The position numbers were made by a program, and so were the translations under genes. Positions 7,281 through 18,300 of a DNA stretch of 22,939 nucleotides are shown piece by piece. The notes under the pieces were generated by a model. It was not told the origin of the DNA. It saw only the letters and a list, made by a program, of their open reading frames with translations, and made no database searches. The number at the start of each line of letters is the position of its first letter. Positions within the stretch are counted from its first letter, which is position 1. Origin of the DNA: an uncultured Bacteriovoracaceae bacterium (GTDB lineage: Bacteria > Bdellovibrionota > Bacteriovoracia > Bacteriovoracales > Bacteriovoracaceae); assembly GCA_964012805.1 (NCBI GenBank), contig CAXGUD010000055.1, forward strand, positions 1 through 22,939. Reading direction: 5' to 3'.

Positions 7281-7991
7281 TTATAAGAAAGGCCACCTGG
7301 CCAAATAAGCACAAACTCTTAGAATAGGTGATGTTATGGCCTTAAAGAAAAAGCCAAAAATTGGATACCTTTGGCAAAATGAAACAACCACAGGAGAAAC
7401 CACATAGTAAAAATCAACAAATTTTTGTCCGGTTGGATTGGACTTTAAAACCATCCGAAAACGTCGAAGGTCTATCGTCACGGGATGGAAATCACTGAAG
7501 CAGTAACTGGAAACATAACAAGCTCCAGACTTTTCCCGAATCTCCATATAAACTTTTTTAAAGGCATCCATGTTGTTACAGCCCTTACTTTTGATATATT
7601 TTCTCAACATTTCAGAGTTCACAAAGTGATACTTAAAACCTACCGTAAATTTGGCAAATTGGTTCAAACAGCGGACCGATTCTTTATAAAGGTTCGGGTT
7701 TTTGTCATAAATTTTCGCCATATCCCAATAAACCTGACTAATCAGAAGTAATTCGGTCGTTTCTTTTTTGTGATCAAAGTGCCTGGGTGACAGGCTTTTT
7801 TCAGGAATTTCGTGAAACTGGGACAAAATGTTGAGGTATTCAATATAGCTCTCCAAAGCCTCTTTTAACTTACCCTTCTTTGAGAGGTCCATTCCCTTCC
7901 TAAGAGAGCCAAGACGCTTTTTGTAAAGCTCTATGATAGCTTTCCTTCTTCTTTTCTTTTGTCTTGCTTCCTCTTCTTCTCTAGTAACCAT
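7281..7991 (-). CDS. TPR-like helical protein with C-terminal CFI-box-CTERM domain
   Basis: The C-terminal GACYVSSYCF..LRRFR..L..NPTGQKFVDFYYVVSP matches the CFI-box-CTERM pattern. The N-terminal part has TPR-like helices (KGKLKEALESY, YWDMAKIYD). Confidence 0.75.
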   Translation of the reverse strand: MVTREEEEARQKKRRRKAIIELYKKRLGSLRKGMDLSKKGKLKEALESYIEYLNILSQFHEIPEKSLSPRHFDHKKETTELLLISQVYWDMAKIYDKNPNLYKESVRCLNQFAKFTVGFKYHFVNSEMLRKYIKSKGCNNMDAFKKVYMEIREKSGACYVSSYCFSDFHPVTIDLRRFRMVLKSNPTGQKFVDFYYVVSPVVVSFCQRYPIFGFFFKAITSPILRVCAYLARWPFL

Positions 7992-8163
7992 GGCTTCCCC
8001 GTCGGCTTATTATAGAGAGACCTTAGAAAATTTTGAGGAACGTACAGGTCACTCAATCCATCAACAAAAAAATCACCCTTTAATTAAAAGTTTGCCAGTC
8101 GGCCAAATATCAAATAAAATCCATTTCAACTTTTTAAAAAACGCAAAGCACAAGGGATAAAAA

Positions 8164-9273
8164 ATGGACAATAAAAAGTTGCCTATCGCAGTCACCATTA
8201 CGCTTGTCATTGGACTCGCTCTTGGTTGGACAATCGGAAAATCAGGTTCTCCTTCAAAAGGAGGGCTCGCCAATTTAAAAAGTCCGGAAAAAATCGGCTC
8301 TTGCTCGGCAGACGGTTCAAACTCCCTAGAAGAAAAAGTTCTTAAAATAGACGATAGGGTTTATACTTTTCAAGAACTTCCAGATAACCTCAAGCACACT
8401 CTTTTTGATCTTAAAAACGATGGCCACCAAAAATCGCTCCGTTACTACGAAGAGTTTGCCTTAAGAGTGGCCCTCGCAAAAGATCTTAGTAAAACAGGAC
8501 CTCTACCTCCAATGAAAGACCTTATGCCTGAGATGCAAGTAAGCGATCAGGAAATAAAAGACTTCTTTGAAAAAAACAAAAATAGAATGCCACCAAATTC
8601 AAAACTCGAGACAATGAAAGCAAACCTTTCAAGATACCTCAAAAATCAAAAGCTTTTCTCTTGGTTTGAAAAAGAATTAAAGGGCCTAAAAGAATCAGGG
8701 AGACTTAAAATCCTTGCAAAAGGTCCCTCATCTCCAAAAATTAGCATGGACTTAAAGGGGCTTCCCACTGTTGGTCCTAAAGACGCAACATTTACACTTA
8801 TTGAAGCTTCTGACTATTTGTGTCCACACTGCCAAAAAGTACACAAAGAGGTTAAAAACGTTCTTAAAAAATACAAAGACAAGTTAAAATTCGTTCAAGT
8901 TAACTACGCTCTTAGACCTAATCAAGATAGTGGAACTTACATAAGAGGCGCTCACTGCGCTCAAAAGCAAAGCGAAGGCCTTTTTTGGAAATACCACCAC
9001 CTAACATTTGAAAGGCTTGCTCTACAAGAATCTAAAGATGTAAAAGAAAGTGCTTTTAATACGGCCCTCAAATTAGCAAAAGAAGTTGGAGCCGATGAAA
9101 GTAAGTTTAAAACCTGCCTGACAAGTGAAGACTCTAAGGCTGCAATCCTTGCAAACAATGATCGTCTTTCAAAAGTCGGAGTTCACTCAACACCAACTTT
9201 TTTCCTTAATAATAAAAGAGTTGTTATAGGTCCTGAAGGTCTAGAAAAGGCCCTTGAAAAACTTATTCAATAA
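8164..9273 (+). CDS. DsbA-family thiol-disulfide oxidoreductase with N-terminal anchor and SurA-like helical region
   Basis: N-terminal hydrophobic segment, VSDQEIKDFFEKNK helical region, GPKDATFTLIEASDYLCPHC active site, GVHSTPTFFLN cis-Pro loop and a second Cys pair in the helical insert. Confidence 0.9.
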   Translation: MDNKKLPIAVTITLVIGLALGWTIGKSGSPSKGGLANLKSPEKIGSCSADGSNSLEEKVLKIDDRVYTFQELPDNLKHTLFDLKNDGHQKSLRYYEEFALRVALAKDLSKTGPLPPMKDLMPEMQVSDQEIKDFFEKNKNRMPPNSKLETMKANLSRYLKNQKLFSWFEKELKGLKESGRLKILAKGPSSPKISMDLKGLPTVGPKDATFTLIEASDYLCPHCQKVHKEVKNVLKKYKDKLKFVQVNYALRPNQDSGTYIRGAHCAQKQSEGLFWKYHHLTFERLALQESKDVKESAFNTALKLAKEVGADESKFKTCLTSEDSKAAILANNDRLSKVGVHSTPTFFLNNKRVVIGPEGLEKALEKLIQ

Positions 9274-9291
9274 AACTTTCCCGTTATAATT

Positions 9292-9328
9292 TAAATAAGG
9301 CCCTCTATTTCTTAGAGGGCCTTATTTA
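9292..9328. terminator. Bidirectional terminator between convergent genes
   Basis: Perfect 16-bp inverted repeat TAAATAAGGCCCTCTA-tttct-TAGAGGGCCTTATTTA. It overlaps the stop codon of the giant gene. Confidence 0.85.
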
Positions 9329-12300
9329 TTTCCAATACCCCACTTCACTTTCATAAAATCAAAGAGGTCAGATTTTTGCTCATCTGTTAATAAGTTTTTA
9401 AAGATAATAACGTCCCCAATATGTCCTTTAAAAGACCTTGCCTTTGAGTTTGAGTAGCAAGTTACACATCTACCATTTTTCATTGACTTTAATTCTCCCC
9501 CTAAAAAGATGTGATGATTTGGTTCCTCGGTTGAAAATGATTTATCTTCAAGCTTTATCTTATTAGCTGGTACATCCTTAAGGATATTATTGGAGTAAAT
9601 TGAAATTGGTCTTAGGGAATTAGACTTATCAAACTCAATAAGAATAAAGGATGACTCACCTTTTTTAATAGCGCCTTTTTTAGTTATCGAATTGATAATA
9701 GAGCTTGAACCATTAGTTACTCTAAACCACAGCTGACCAGACTTAGGAGTTTTATGGCCTTCAAAGCCCAAAAGAAACCCTTTAGTTTCTGAAGAAGACT
9801 TGTGACTATTTCCTAAAAGAGCGCAAAAACGGTTTTGACAATCCGACTTCACAAAAAGAGCTATCGTATAATTTGTTGAGTTGTCATGAAGGAACTTGAA
9901 GTTCTCTTTAGAGCTTGAACTCCGTAGGCGCCTAAATTTAAGCTGGTCTCCACTATAAAGAGTATTTCTTCCATTGACTCCCGTTCCGTTAACCTTATAA
10001 ATAAGACCATCTTCATCTGCAATTTCAAAATGGTTTTCTTTTCCAGACCTATCGTTAAGAATAAGAACTTCACTATCTTCCCCAGTCACCTCAATATTTG
10101 AATCCAAAGATAAGGCCGGGTCGAGCCATAGGAAAAGGTCGGTCGGAGGGCCAGATGAAGATAATTCATCTGGAAAAGGTAACCTTGTGTAAGGCACACC
10201 AGAAGCCGAGCAGGTTGATAAATTCCCAGATTCACTCAAAGCTTTGGCAAAAAGGTTAAACTCACCTGGGGGCAAGTCTTCTTTGTAATCACTCCTTTCA
10301 ATTAAGACTTCATTTCCAATGCTCTCTGCTTCTGCCACCGCAAATTGGCATTCTTTATCTCTATAAAGCTTAACTTTTTGATTGGCCATAACTCCTTGAA
10401 CTCGAACTTGGGGTCTTTTAAATATATCAATTGAGGAAATATTATCTTCCAAAATAATTTTGGATGGTGCCGGCGGAGGAGTTAAATCAAGGTTGTAGGC
10501 AACCGATAAGTTAGAGCAAGCTGACTCATTCCCTGCAATATCTTTAACTTTAATATAATAGGTGTAGGCCCCCTCTTCTTTAAGCGCCTTATCTAAATTA
10601 GGCCTTACCTCAACTTGTCCTCCAATACTTCCCTGACTCTTTCCAACTTCTTTACTGGCCCCACAAGTCTCATCATCTTGGAAGAGGACCACTTTATCTC
10701 CCGCGGATAAACTTTTTACAATGATTCTTGGCCTTTTCTCATTAAAAGTTGGTTTAAGAGATGGATCTAAAGCAAAGTCAGATGGCATCTCTGGAGGTGT
10801 TTGATCAATAGAAAGGCTTGCAGTCGCTTTCTCTGACTCACCATCAGCATCTCTTATTGTATATTTAAAGGCCCCCGAACGATCCTCTCCTTTACCCATA
10901 ACCTCAAAGAAGCAAGTCCCTTCATTGTCACACTGACAGGCCTTTTCAAGAGTAAAGTAATCTTCTTCAATGTCAAAAATAGAACAGGATAAGGCCTTAT
11001 CTTTATTTTGATCTGTATATTTAACTTTAATGACACTTAAAACATTTGGTCTAATATGAGTGGGTTCAATTTCACCCAAGGCCTTAGGGGCCATTGGTAC
11101 TCCACCAGTTGATTCATTAAAAAGTGAGTTAATTTTTGAATCTGCTAAGGCCTTAGAATAAAACCTAAGATCGTCGAGGAGTCCTTTATAAGAAGACCCC
11201 TTAGTTCCCATCGCCGTCTCACCAAAAATTTGACCAAGCCCCCGCTCACCAGGGTGGTATTCAACAATATTGATAGAAGTCGTTTTCTCATCCTTTAATT
11301 TCCCATTAACAAATAGTTTTAACTTCTTCTCCTTACCATCAAAAGTAATCGCTACATGGTACCATTTATTAACCCCGTCACTTTCAAAAGACCACGAAAC
11401 TTTATCGTCTACTTTTGTAGAAGACTTGGAATAGTTATAAACGCCCGCAATGAATTGACCATTTTGGATGACGAGAGAAATTCCTTTTACATCCCCACCT
11501 TCATCATAAACCATTTGAAATGAATCTTTATTATGAATTTCTTTTGGTTTAACCCACATTGAAATCGTTCTCGCCTGAAATTCCTTGGTAAGAAAATTGT
11601 TACGGTCATTTTCTTTAAACTGAACAGAAGTTCCGTCAAAAGCCAGAACATGCCCCCGAACGTTATCTTTAAACCATTTGGTCGAATCATTTAACACGCC
11701 TTTACGCCCGGCTTTACCAGTGGAATCATTGACTGACGAGCCAGCTGATTCATCAAATTTATAATGGGCAAATAAAGAGTCATCCTTAAAGGCATATTGA
11801 TAAGTTTCTATAGTAGAAGCCGATGCATTGCCGGCTTTATCACACGCAATAATAGAAATAGTCTTTTTGCCAGGAGCTTTTATTGAAATTTTATTTCCAG
11901 TTCCTAGAACTATACCTTTACTACAATCAGCTGGTGGAGCTCCATTTAAAACGTATCTAAATTCTTTAAAGTTAGAATCTTTACCTCCCTTAATGGTAAC
12001 CTCGAAGTCTTCCGAAAATGTTTTTGACTCTGGCTCTAAAATAACTTTCTCAGGCTTCATTTTGTCATTTACCGTTACAGTAAAAAGTACATCGTCAAAT
12101 GCTCCAAGACTTGAATCCTGACCACGGACTCTAAATTCATATTTTCCAAAAGTTTTTAGTGGAGCATTCCATTCAAAAAGACCTTTGTTTTTATCAAAAC
12201 TAACTCCAGCCAATTCTTCACTTTTACAGGAATTAAATTCAGAAACCAGACCATCGATAACGCTATCAAAAAAGCAAGAGTAGACAACAGTTTCACCATC

Positions 12301-15300
12301 TCTATCTTTATCTTCTTTAGTATGTTTATCATTGACATCAATTTTGAGAGAAGTGCCAGAATCTATAGTAGCTGATTTAACTTTGGTAAGCTCAGGGGAA
12401 AGGTTAATATCATTCACCTCAATACTAAAAAAGATGTTATCACTATCCTTCCCATCAGTTCCCGTTATTTTAAAATACCAAGTGCCTGCCGAGTCTAGAG
12501 CTGGTTTCCATTTCATCAAACCAGTCAAGCTTCCAAAGTTTAGACCCGAAGCCTTAGAACAAGGATTGGCCGTAAACGCTGTCACAGCTTCTTCAGTCCT
12601 AGAAAATTGACAAGTATAATTAATCACTTCTCCATCTGCATCTTTATCGCTCCCATTTTCATCATTAATATCTAATAAGGCCATTTCCTCATTTTCATAG
12701 GCCGCAAGATCAGAAATTTCAGATAATTTGGGCGGCCTATTTTTATCTTCAACATTAATTTTAAAAATTTCAGAATCACTAAATCCTGAGGCAGTTCCTA
12801 TTATTTTAATTTCATAGGGGCCTGATTGATTAAAATTGGGAGACCAGTCTAAAACGCCTGTCATAGAGCTAAAACCGACACCAGAAAGTAAAGAACATTC
12901 AGTTAAATTTTGAACATTATTATCTGGCAATAAATCATAAAAGCATTCGTAGCTAATCATTTGCCCTATAGAGGTTTGATCTCCTCCACTTTTGTCGTTG
13001 GCATCTATTTGAGTCATAAGCTCATTTTCATTGACAAAGCTATCACTAATATCTTGAAGTTCTGGCGCTAAATTATAAGTAACATCCGCCATTTGTGAAG
13101 ATGATATGTTGCCAGCTTCATCCCGGCACCAACCATATAATTTATAATCACCAGCACCTCGAGTGAGTTCATAAGTATTAGGTTGAGATAAAAGCCAATT
13201 GACTGGAATTGTGGGATCATCTGTTATTTGCCATCCACTCACTTTTACACTATCCAAACAGTTAAAGGCCTTAATAGAAACTTTCTTATCTTTAGTACTT
13301 ATAGGTAGTTCAAATTGAACGACATTAGGTGGAGTGTTATCAATAACATAAGAAAGCGGACTTATAGTGCAAGCTGATTCTTCATCCTTTGAATTCATAC
13401 TTTTTGCGTAAAAGTTATAATATCCATCAGGAAGGTTCGTTAGCGAGACCTCAGCTGTCCCATCATTAGCAGTTGCTTCTCCTATTTTTTGAAAGCAACC
13501 CGGATCATTATAAAGGATAACTAAATCATCGAATCCAACACCACTTACTTTAACTTTTGGCGAGGTATTTTGAGAAGGAGAAGTTAAACCATTAGCAAGG
13601 GAAAGATCTGATGGAGTATTAGTTTCTTCCATTTCCCATTTTTTGTCCAAGTATTCCCTAATGACTTTTCTTTCATTGTCTGAAAGGACCCTATTATAAA
13701 TTATAAATTCGCCAATTTCTCCTTTCCAAGGATAGGTTATATCAGCATCAATATGCTTTCCTAAATAAATTCCTTCAAATTTAGAGTCACTTGATTGATG
13801 CGTGTATTGATTATTATTTACACCTGATTTTAGAGAAACTAATTCGTCTTGTTTAAATATTTTCATTGTTTTGGAGCTTTTACTAGAGGTAAAATTCCAT
13901 CTGTAAAAAAGGCCTTTCGATGCTTTTATACCACCAGTAACCCTTCCATTATTTATGAAGTTCCCAAAATCAAACATAGCTTTAGCATTACCTGAAGGAT
14001 CGGTTCCCCATGGGAAATGGATATTGAGCCTATTGTCAGGTCGAAGAGGATTGGCAGCTAAAATGGATGTTCTGGAATTTAGGCCATTTCGTGCGAATAT
14101 AAAAATATCCGCTTCTGTTGCCGTCTTAACGCCCATGATAGCTTTTTCCCCTACTAGTAAACTATCGTCGACACCATCAAATTTAACTACACTTTTATTA
14201 CCTATTTTTATAAGTTTTGGAAGTACGCTTCCTTTATGATCTAGAGGTGGATTGACTTTAGACGTAACCTCAATAGAAATAATCTTATCGTTCCATCCAC
14301 TACCTAAGGAATTACTATAACCGACGAATCTACTGTTATTATTGGTCTTCGTTTTACAAACGCCATCATCTCTACAAAACTTAATAGTCACATCCTTAGG
14401 GATTTGATAGGAGCTTATTTTATTTTTCCACTCATCTTGTGGGGTTTCTTCACCAACACAAAACTTCCATTTGGTTCCTTTATAATTACTATCAAGGTAC
14501 ATGGAAGCACATCTTGAACTTTCTGGATTATTTTTCCTAAATAAGGGATTTAAAAAATCGAGTGGATCTCTAGCATCGTTTTGATTTGAAGACCGGTCTT
14601 TCCATCTAGCAATTTTACTTTTGTCTTTTAATTCTATTGTTTCTTCTGCTGCAGCGTCCATCCACCATTGAACATCACCAAGAGAAAACAGAGATTTATT
14701 AAGTTGAACTTTCCTTTTCAAGTTGTTGATAACTTCTAAGTCGACTTTAACAACTTCATTAGGGTTTTCAGACTCTGGGATTTTACATCTAATCGCTTCA
14801 GTTGATTCCTCTAAAATTGAACAAACTTTTCCCGAAACCTTAACGATATTACCAGAAGAAGAAAAGTTTTTCCCTTGAATTGTTAAAACGTCTCCGCCTT
14901 TTCCATGGAAAGATTTAGGTTTAAAGGACGAAATTGTAGGACTATCATTTGTCATAACAATGTTCCATTTTTTAGCGAGGGAATTCCTAACCCCCATTCT
15001 TTCAGAAAAGGTTAGGGCCTTATCAAAAACTATGACTTCTCTAATTTTTCCTTTCCACCGACCGCTTCCATCATACCTCATCCCTAAATTCAAGCTTAAA
15101 CCAATATTAAGACCACCAGTTCCGTAGCTATCTGAGCTTGCATATTGAGAGCTTAGAGTATCGTATGAGTTAAATTCAGTTTCGTCACTTTGGGCACAGG
15201 AATTAGTGGCCTCAATTTCATTTCCAACGCTACACTTTTCACTGCAATTATTACCAATGGGGTTAAGACATTTTTGACCTATGAGGTCTTGAACCGACTG

Positions 15301-18300
15301 TACACATTTTTGGTTGTAGGCGGTACAAATTTGATTATAAACTGAGCACCTTTGATTATATTCAACGCATCTTTGATTGTAGGAAGTGCATCTTTGGTTA
15401 TAAGAAACACACTTTCTATTATATTCAACACATTTTTGAACATATTGATTACAATCACGTCTATATTCAAGACACCGGGTTCCCCACCAATTTTTCCTTA
15501 CACAGTAACTATTCCCATAGCGGGCACAGCGATTTGTGTTCCGACTTCTCCTACAAGTTGTATTTTCATATTTTTTACAAGTTGTATTTTCATAATTTCT
15601 ACAAGTTGTATTTTGATATTTTTTACAAGTAGTGTTTTCGTACGTTTTACAGGTTCCATTCTTGTAAGATTTACATGTTGTATCCTGGTACTTAGTACAA
15701 CGATCTTTAAAAACCATTGATTTTTTTGGGGTGAAAAGAAGATTATCGGTTCCATGAAGCTTAAAGCTCTGTTCACTTTTACCATTGCACGTTTGTAAAA
15801 TAACTTTTCCACTCTCAAAACTCCAGCATTTTCCTAATTCAGAAACGCTTTTCACATTATAAAATCCATCTCCTTGGTATTCTATTTTCCAACCTTGCTT
15901 CTCCCCCTCGTGACATTCTCTAAATTTTATAGTTCCATCACTACCATCCAAACACCTCTTTTTATCAGCACAGCATTTATTGGTAATAATTTTATACTTT
16001 CCTTGTTGAATCATTCTATTATTTTGAACTAGGGAAAATCCTTGTTTATCACTCATCACTTCAATAATATGCGGATCTTTAATAGGAAGTGATTCAATTT
16101 TGGTGGATGGCATTTGAGATCCAAAAAGCATCCATGATTCATTATCTGTTCTTTCCAATCGGTAACCATTAGTTGAAGCATTTCTTTGAAAAGCAATAGG
16201 GTTAGTCCAACTTCCTGAATCTGAAGCACTCTCTAATACAATAAAAAGACTGTGATCTTTTTGACCATCTTTTAAAATATTCTGCCCACCTTCATGGGTT
16301 AATGAGCCTCCACCGAACTCCATGAAATTACCTGATAGATCTCCTCTAAAAATAACAGAGCCCGCCAGTGGCAACATGTGATGATTATTTCCACTTTTAT
16401 CCCTCCATTCAGTGACTCTTTGATTATCAACGGAAATAGAACCAATATCAGAGGCGTCTAACCATAACTTGGATTGACCAATATAAGTAAAGCCATTTGG
16501 AAATTCAATTGGCTCACCTTCTGACTTTTTAACAACGACATTAAAGGTCGATACATTTTTAGTCCCTTTTGGGTTTTCAGGTACTTTACAAATAATTTCT
16601 TTTTGGTCCTCAGAAATAATAGGACAATTCACTCCTCCAATAGTCACTCTATTTCCAAAATCTGAGAAATTGGAGCCAGAAATTGTTATCTCATTGCCTC
16701 CCTTACTAAGCCCCATATTTGGTTGAATTGAAGTTAAAGTAGGATAGTCTTTAAAAGACCACTTTCTTTTGAGTATCTTTTGAATAAGATTTGTTTCTTT
16801 CTCTGTTAGAGATCTGTTGTAGATTAAAATTTCACCCATATCACCTTTGTATTTATTATTATATTGATCCCTACCCTTTCCAATATAAAGCTTATCACTT
16901 CCTCCATCCTGAGGAATTTTTCCAACAGTTCTTTTATCGAATCCCATAGGATTATTTAAACCGTCTACATTGAGTGAAAGTTCATCATTACCATGCTTAA
17001 GAGTTGCAAGGTAAAAAGAGTTAAGTGGAACACTAACCCTAGGAGCGGTCTTACAATTATCACACATCGTCCCATCAATACCTGCCCTAAAACCGAGGTC
17101 ATCAAAATAAAGACCAAACCAAGCCTCTTTATCTCCGACTATTCCAGAAGTATTATAACCTCTATCATATTCAGGCTTAGGACCATTTCCTGAAGGACGT
17201 CCAATAAAAAATAAAGTTGATTGACCATCTTTGACATTCGAGACATCGTTCCAGGTCGTTGGTTCTAATTTAAAGAAATCACCTTCATCATTATTTTTAA
17301 GACCATTAAACGAGATAATGGAACGACCATTAAAGCCTTGAGGTCTAAATGTAGGTTTATTAGTAAAAATTGAAGCTTTTCTTTGGGAAGAGCTTTTATC
17401 AATCCACGAATTAACGATTATTTTGGAGTTACTTTTTTCAAGATTTATTGACCTACCATCATCACCATCCATCCATAACTTGGGATCACCAATATAGGCC
17501 AGTCCATTCTTAACAACCTGCGTTGTTTTTGAAGAACTCACTATAATAACGTTTTCTTCTGCAATATTATCGATACCTTTTTTATTTTTAGGTATTGTAC
17601 AAACAATTTGTCCTTCGTCTTCGGTTATAATAGGGCAATTAAGACCTCCAATAGTTACCTGATTCCCGGACTTGCTAAAGTTTCCGTATAAATATAGAGG
17701 AGTTCCTCCTTGACTATTAACTAAACGAGGCCAAACTAAAGTCTTAATAGACTCTAATTTGTGTAGCCATTTCTTGGCCAAATAACTATCTATTGAGGCT
17801 CTTTCTCTTGCGGTAAGCGCCTTTTTAAAAACAAGAACTTCTTTAACGTCTATATTACCTTTGAATTCTTGGGGATCGTGACCAATGGATCCAATATCAA
17901 AAAAGCTATGCGAAGGATTTCCCTTGGATTCAGTAAAACCATTACCGCTTTGCCAACCATTAATATGAACAGTCGATTCATTTTCGACGTCTGCTCTCAT
18001 AGTAGTTATAAAAGATTTAAACTCTGAATTTTTTAAAGTTAAAATATCGACAAGACCATCTCTTCCGTTAGAAATGCCGCTTCTATTTCCATTTTCAGTA
18101 AAGTTGAGAAGCGCAAACCGGTCCCACCCCATATTATCTGTTCCCCAAATAGCATTTTTCTTAAAATTAGAATCATGAGGCCTAAAGACAATAATAACTG
18201 TTGCATTAGGAGAAACTTCCCGACTAATATTGACATTTTCTGATCTTAAAAAAGAATCTTTAAATTTAACAAATACTTCATCTTTTTTGCCGTCATCATT

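Noticed and set aside
7998..8025. TAAG-N15-GCCGAC sigma-28-like promoter on the minus strand
   Set aside because: The match is imperfect and would leave almost no leader. The overlapping TATAAT is a simpler explanation.
9456..9468. CxxC motifs in LamG-like loops (CVTC here, CDNC near 17055-17066) as heme or redox sites
   Set aside because: They are not CxxCH and are not in a thioredoxin context. They are more likely short loop disulfides.
15304..15699. Tandem repeats as a possible CRISPR array or DGR template/variable region
   Set aside because: The units are contiguous with no spacers and are codon-phased. There is no cas or reverse transcriptase gene and no second copy with adenine-specific differences.
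15279..15818. Three alternative-frame or antisense ORFs over the Cys ladder
   Set aside because: They are by-products of in-frame 21/24-nt repeats, have no recognisable features and are fully nested in the giant CDS.
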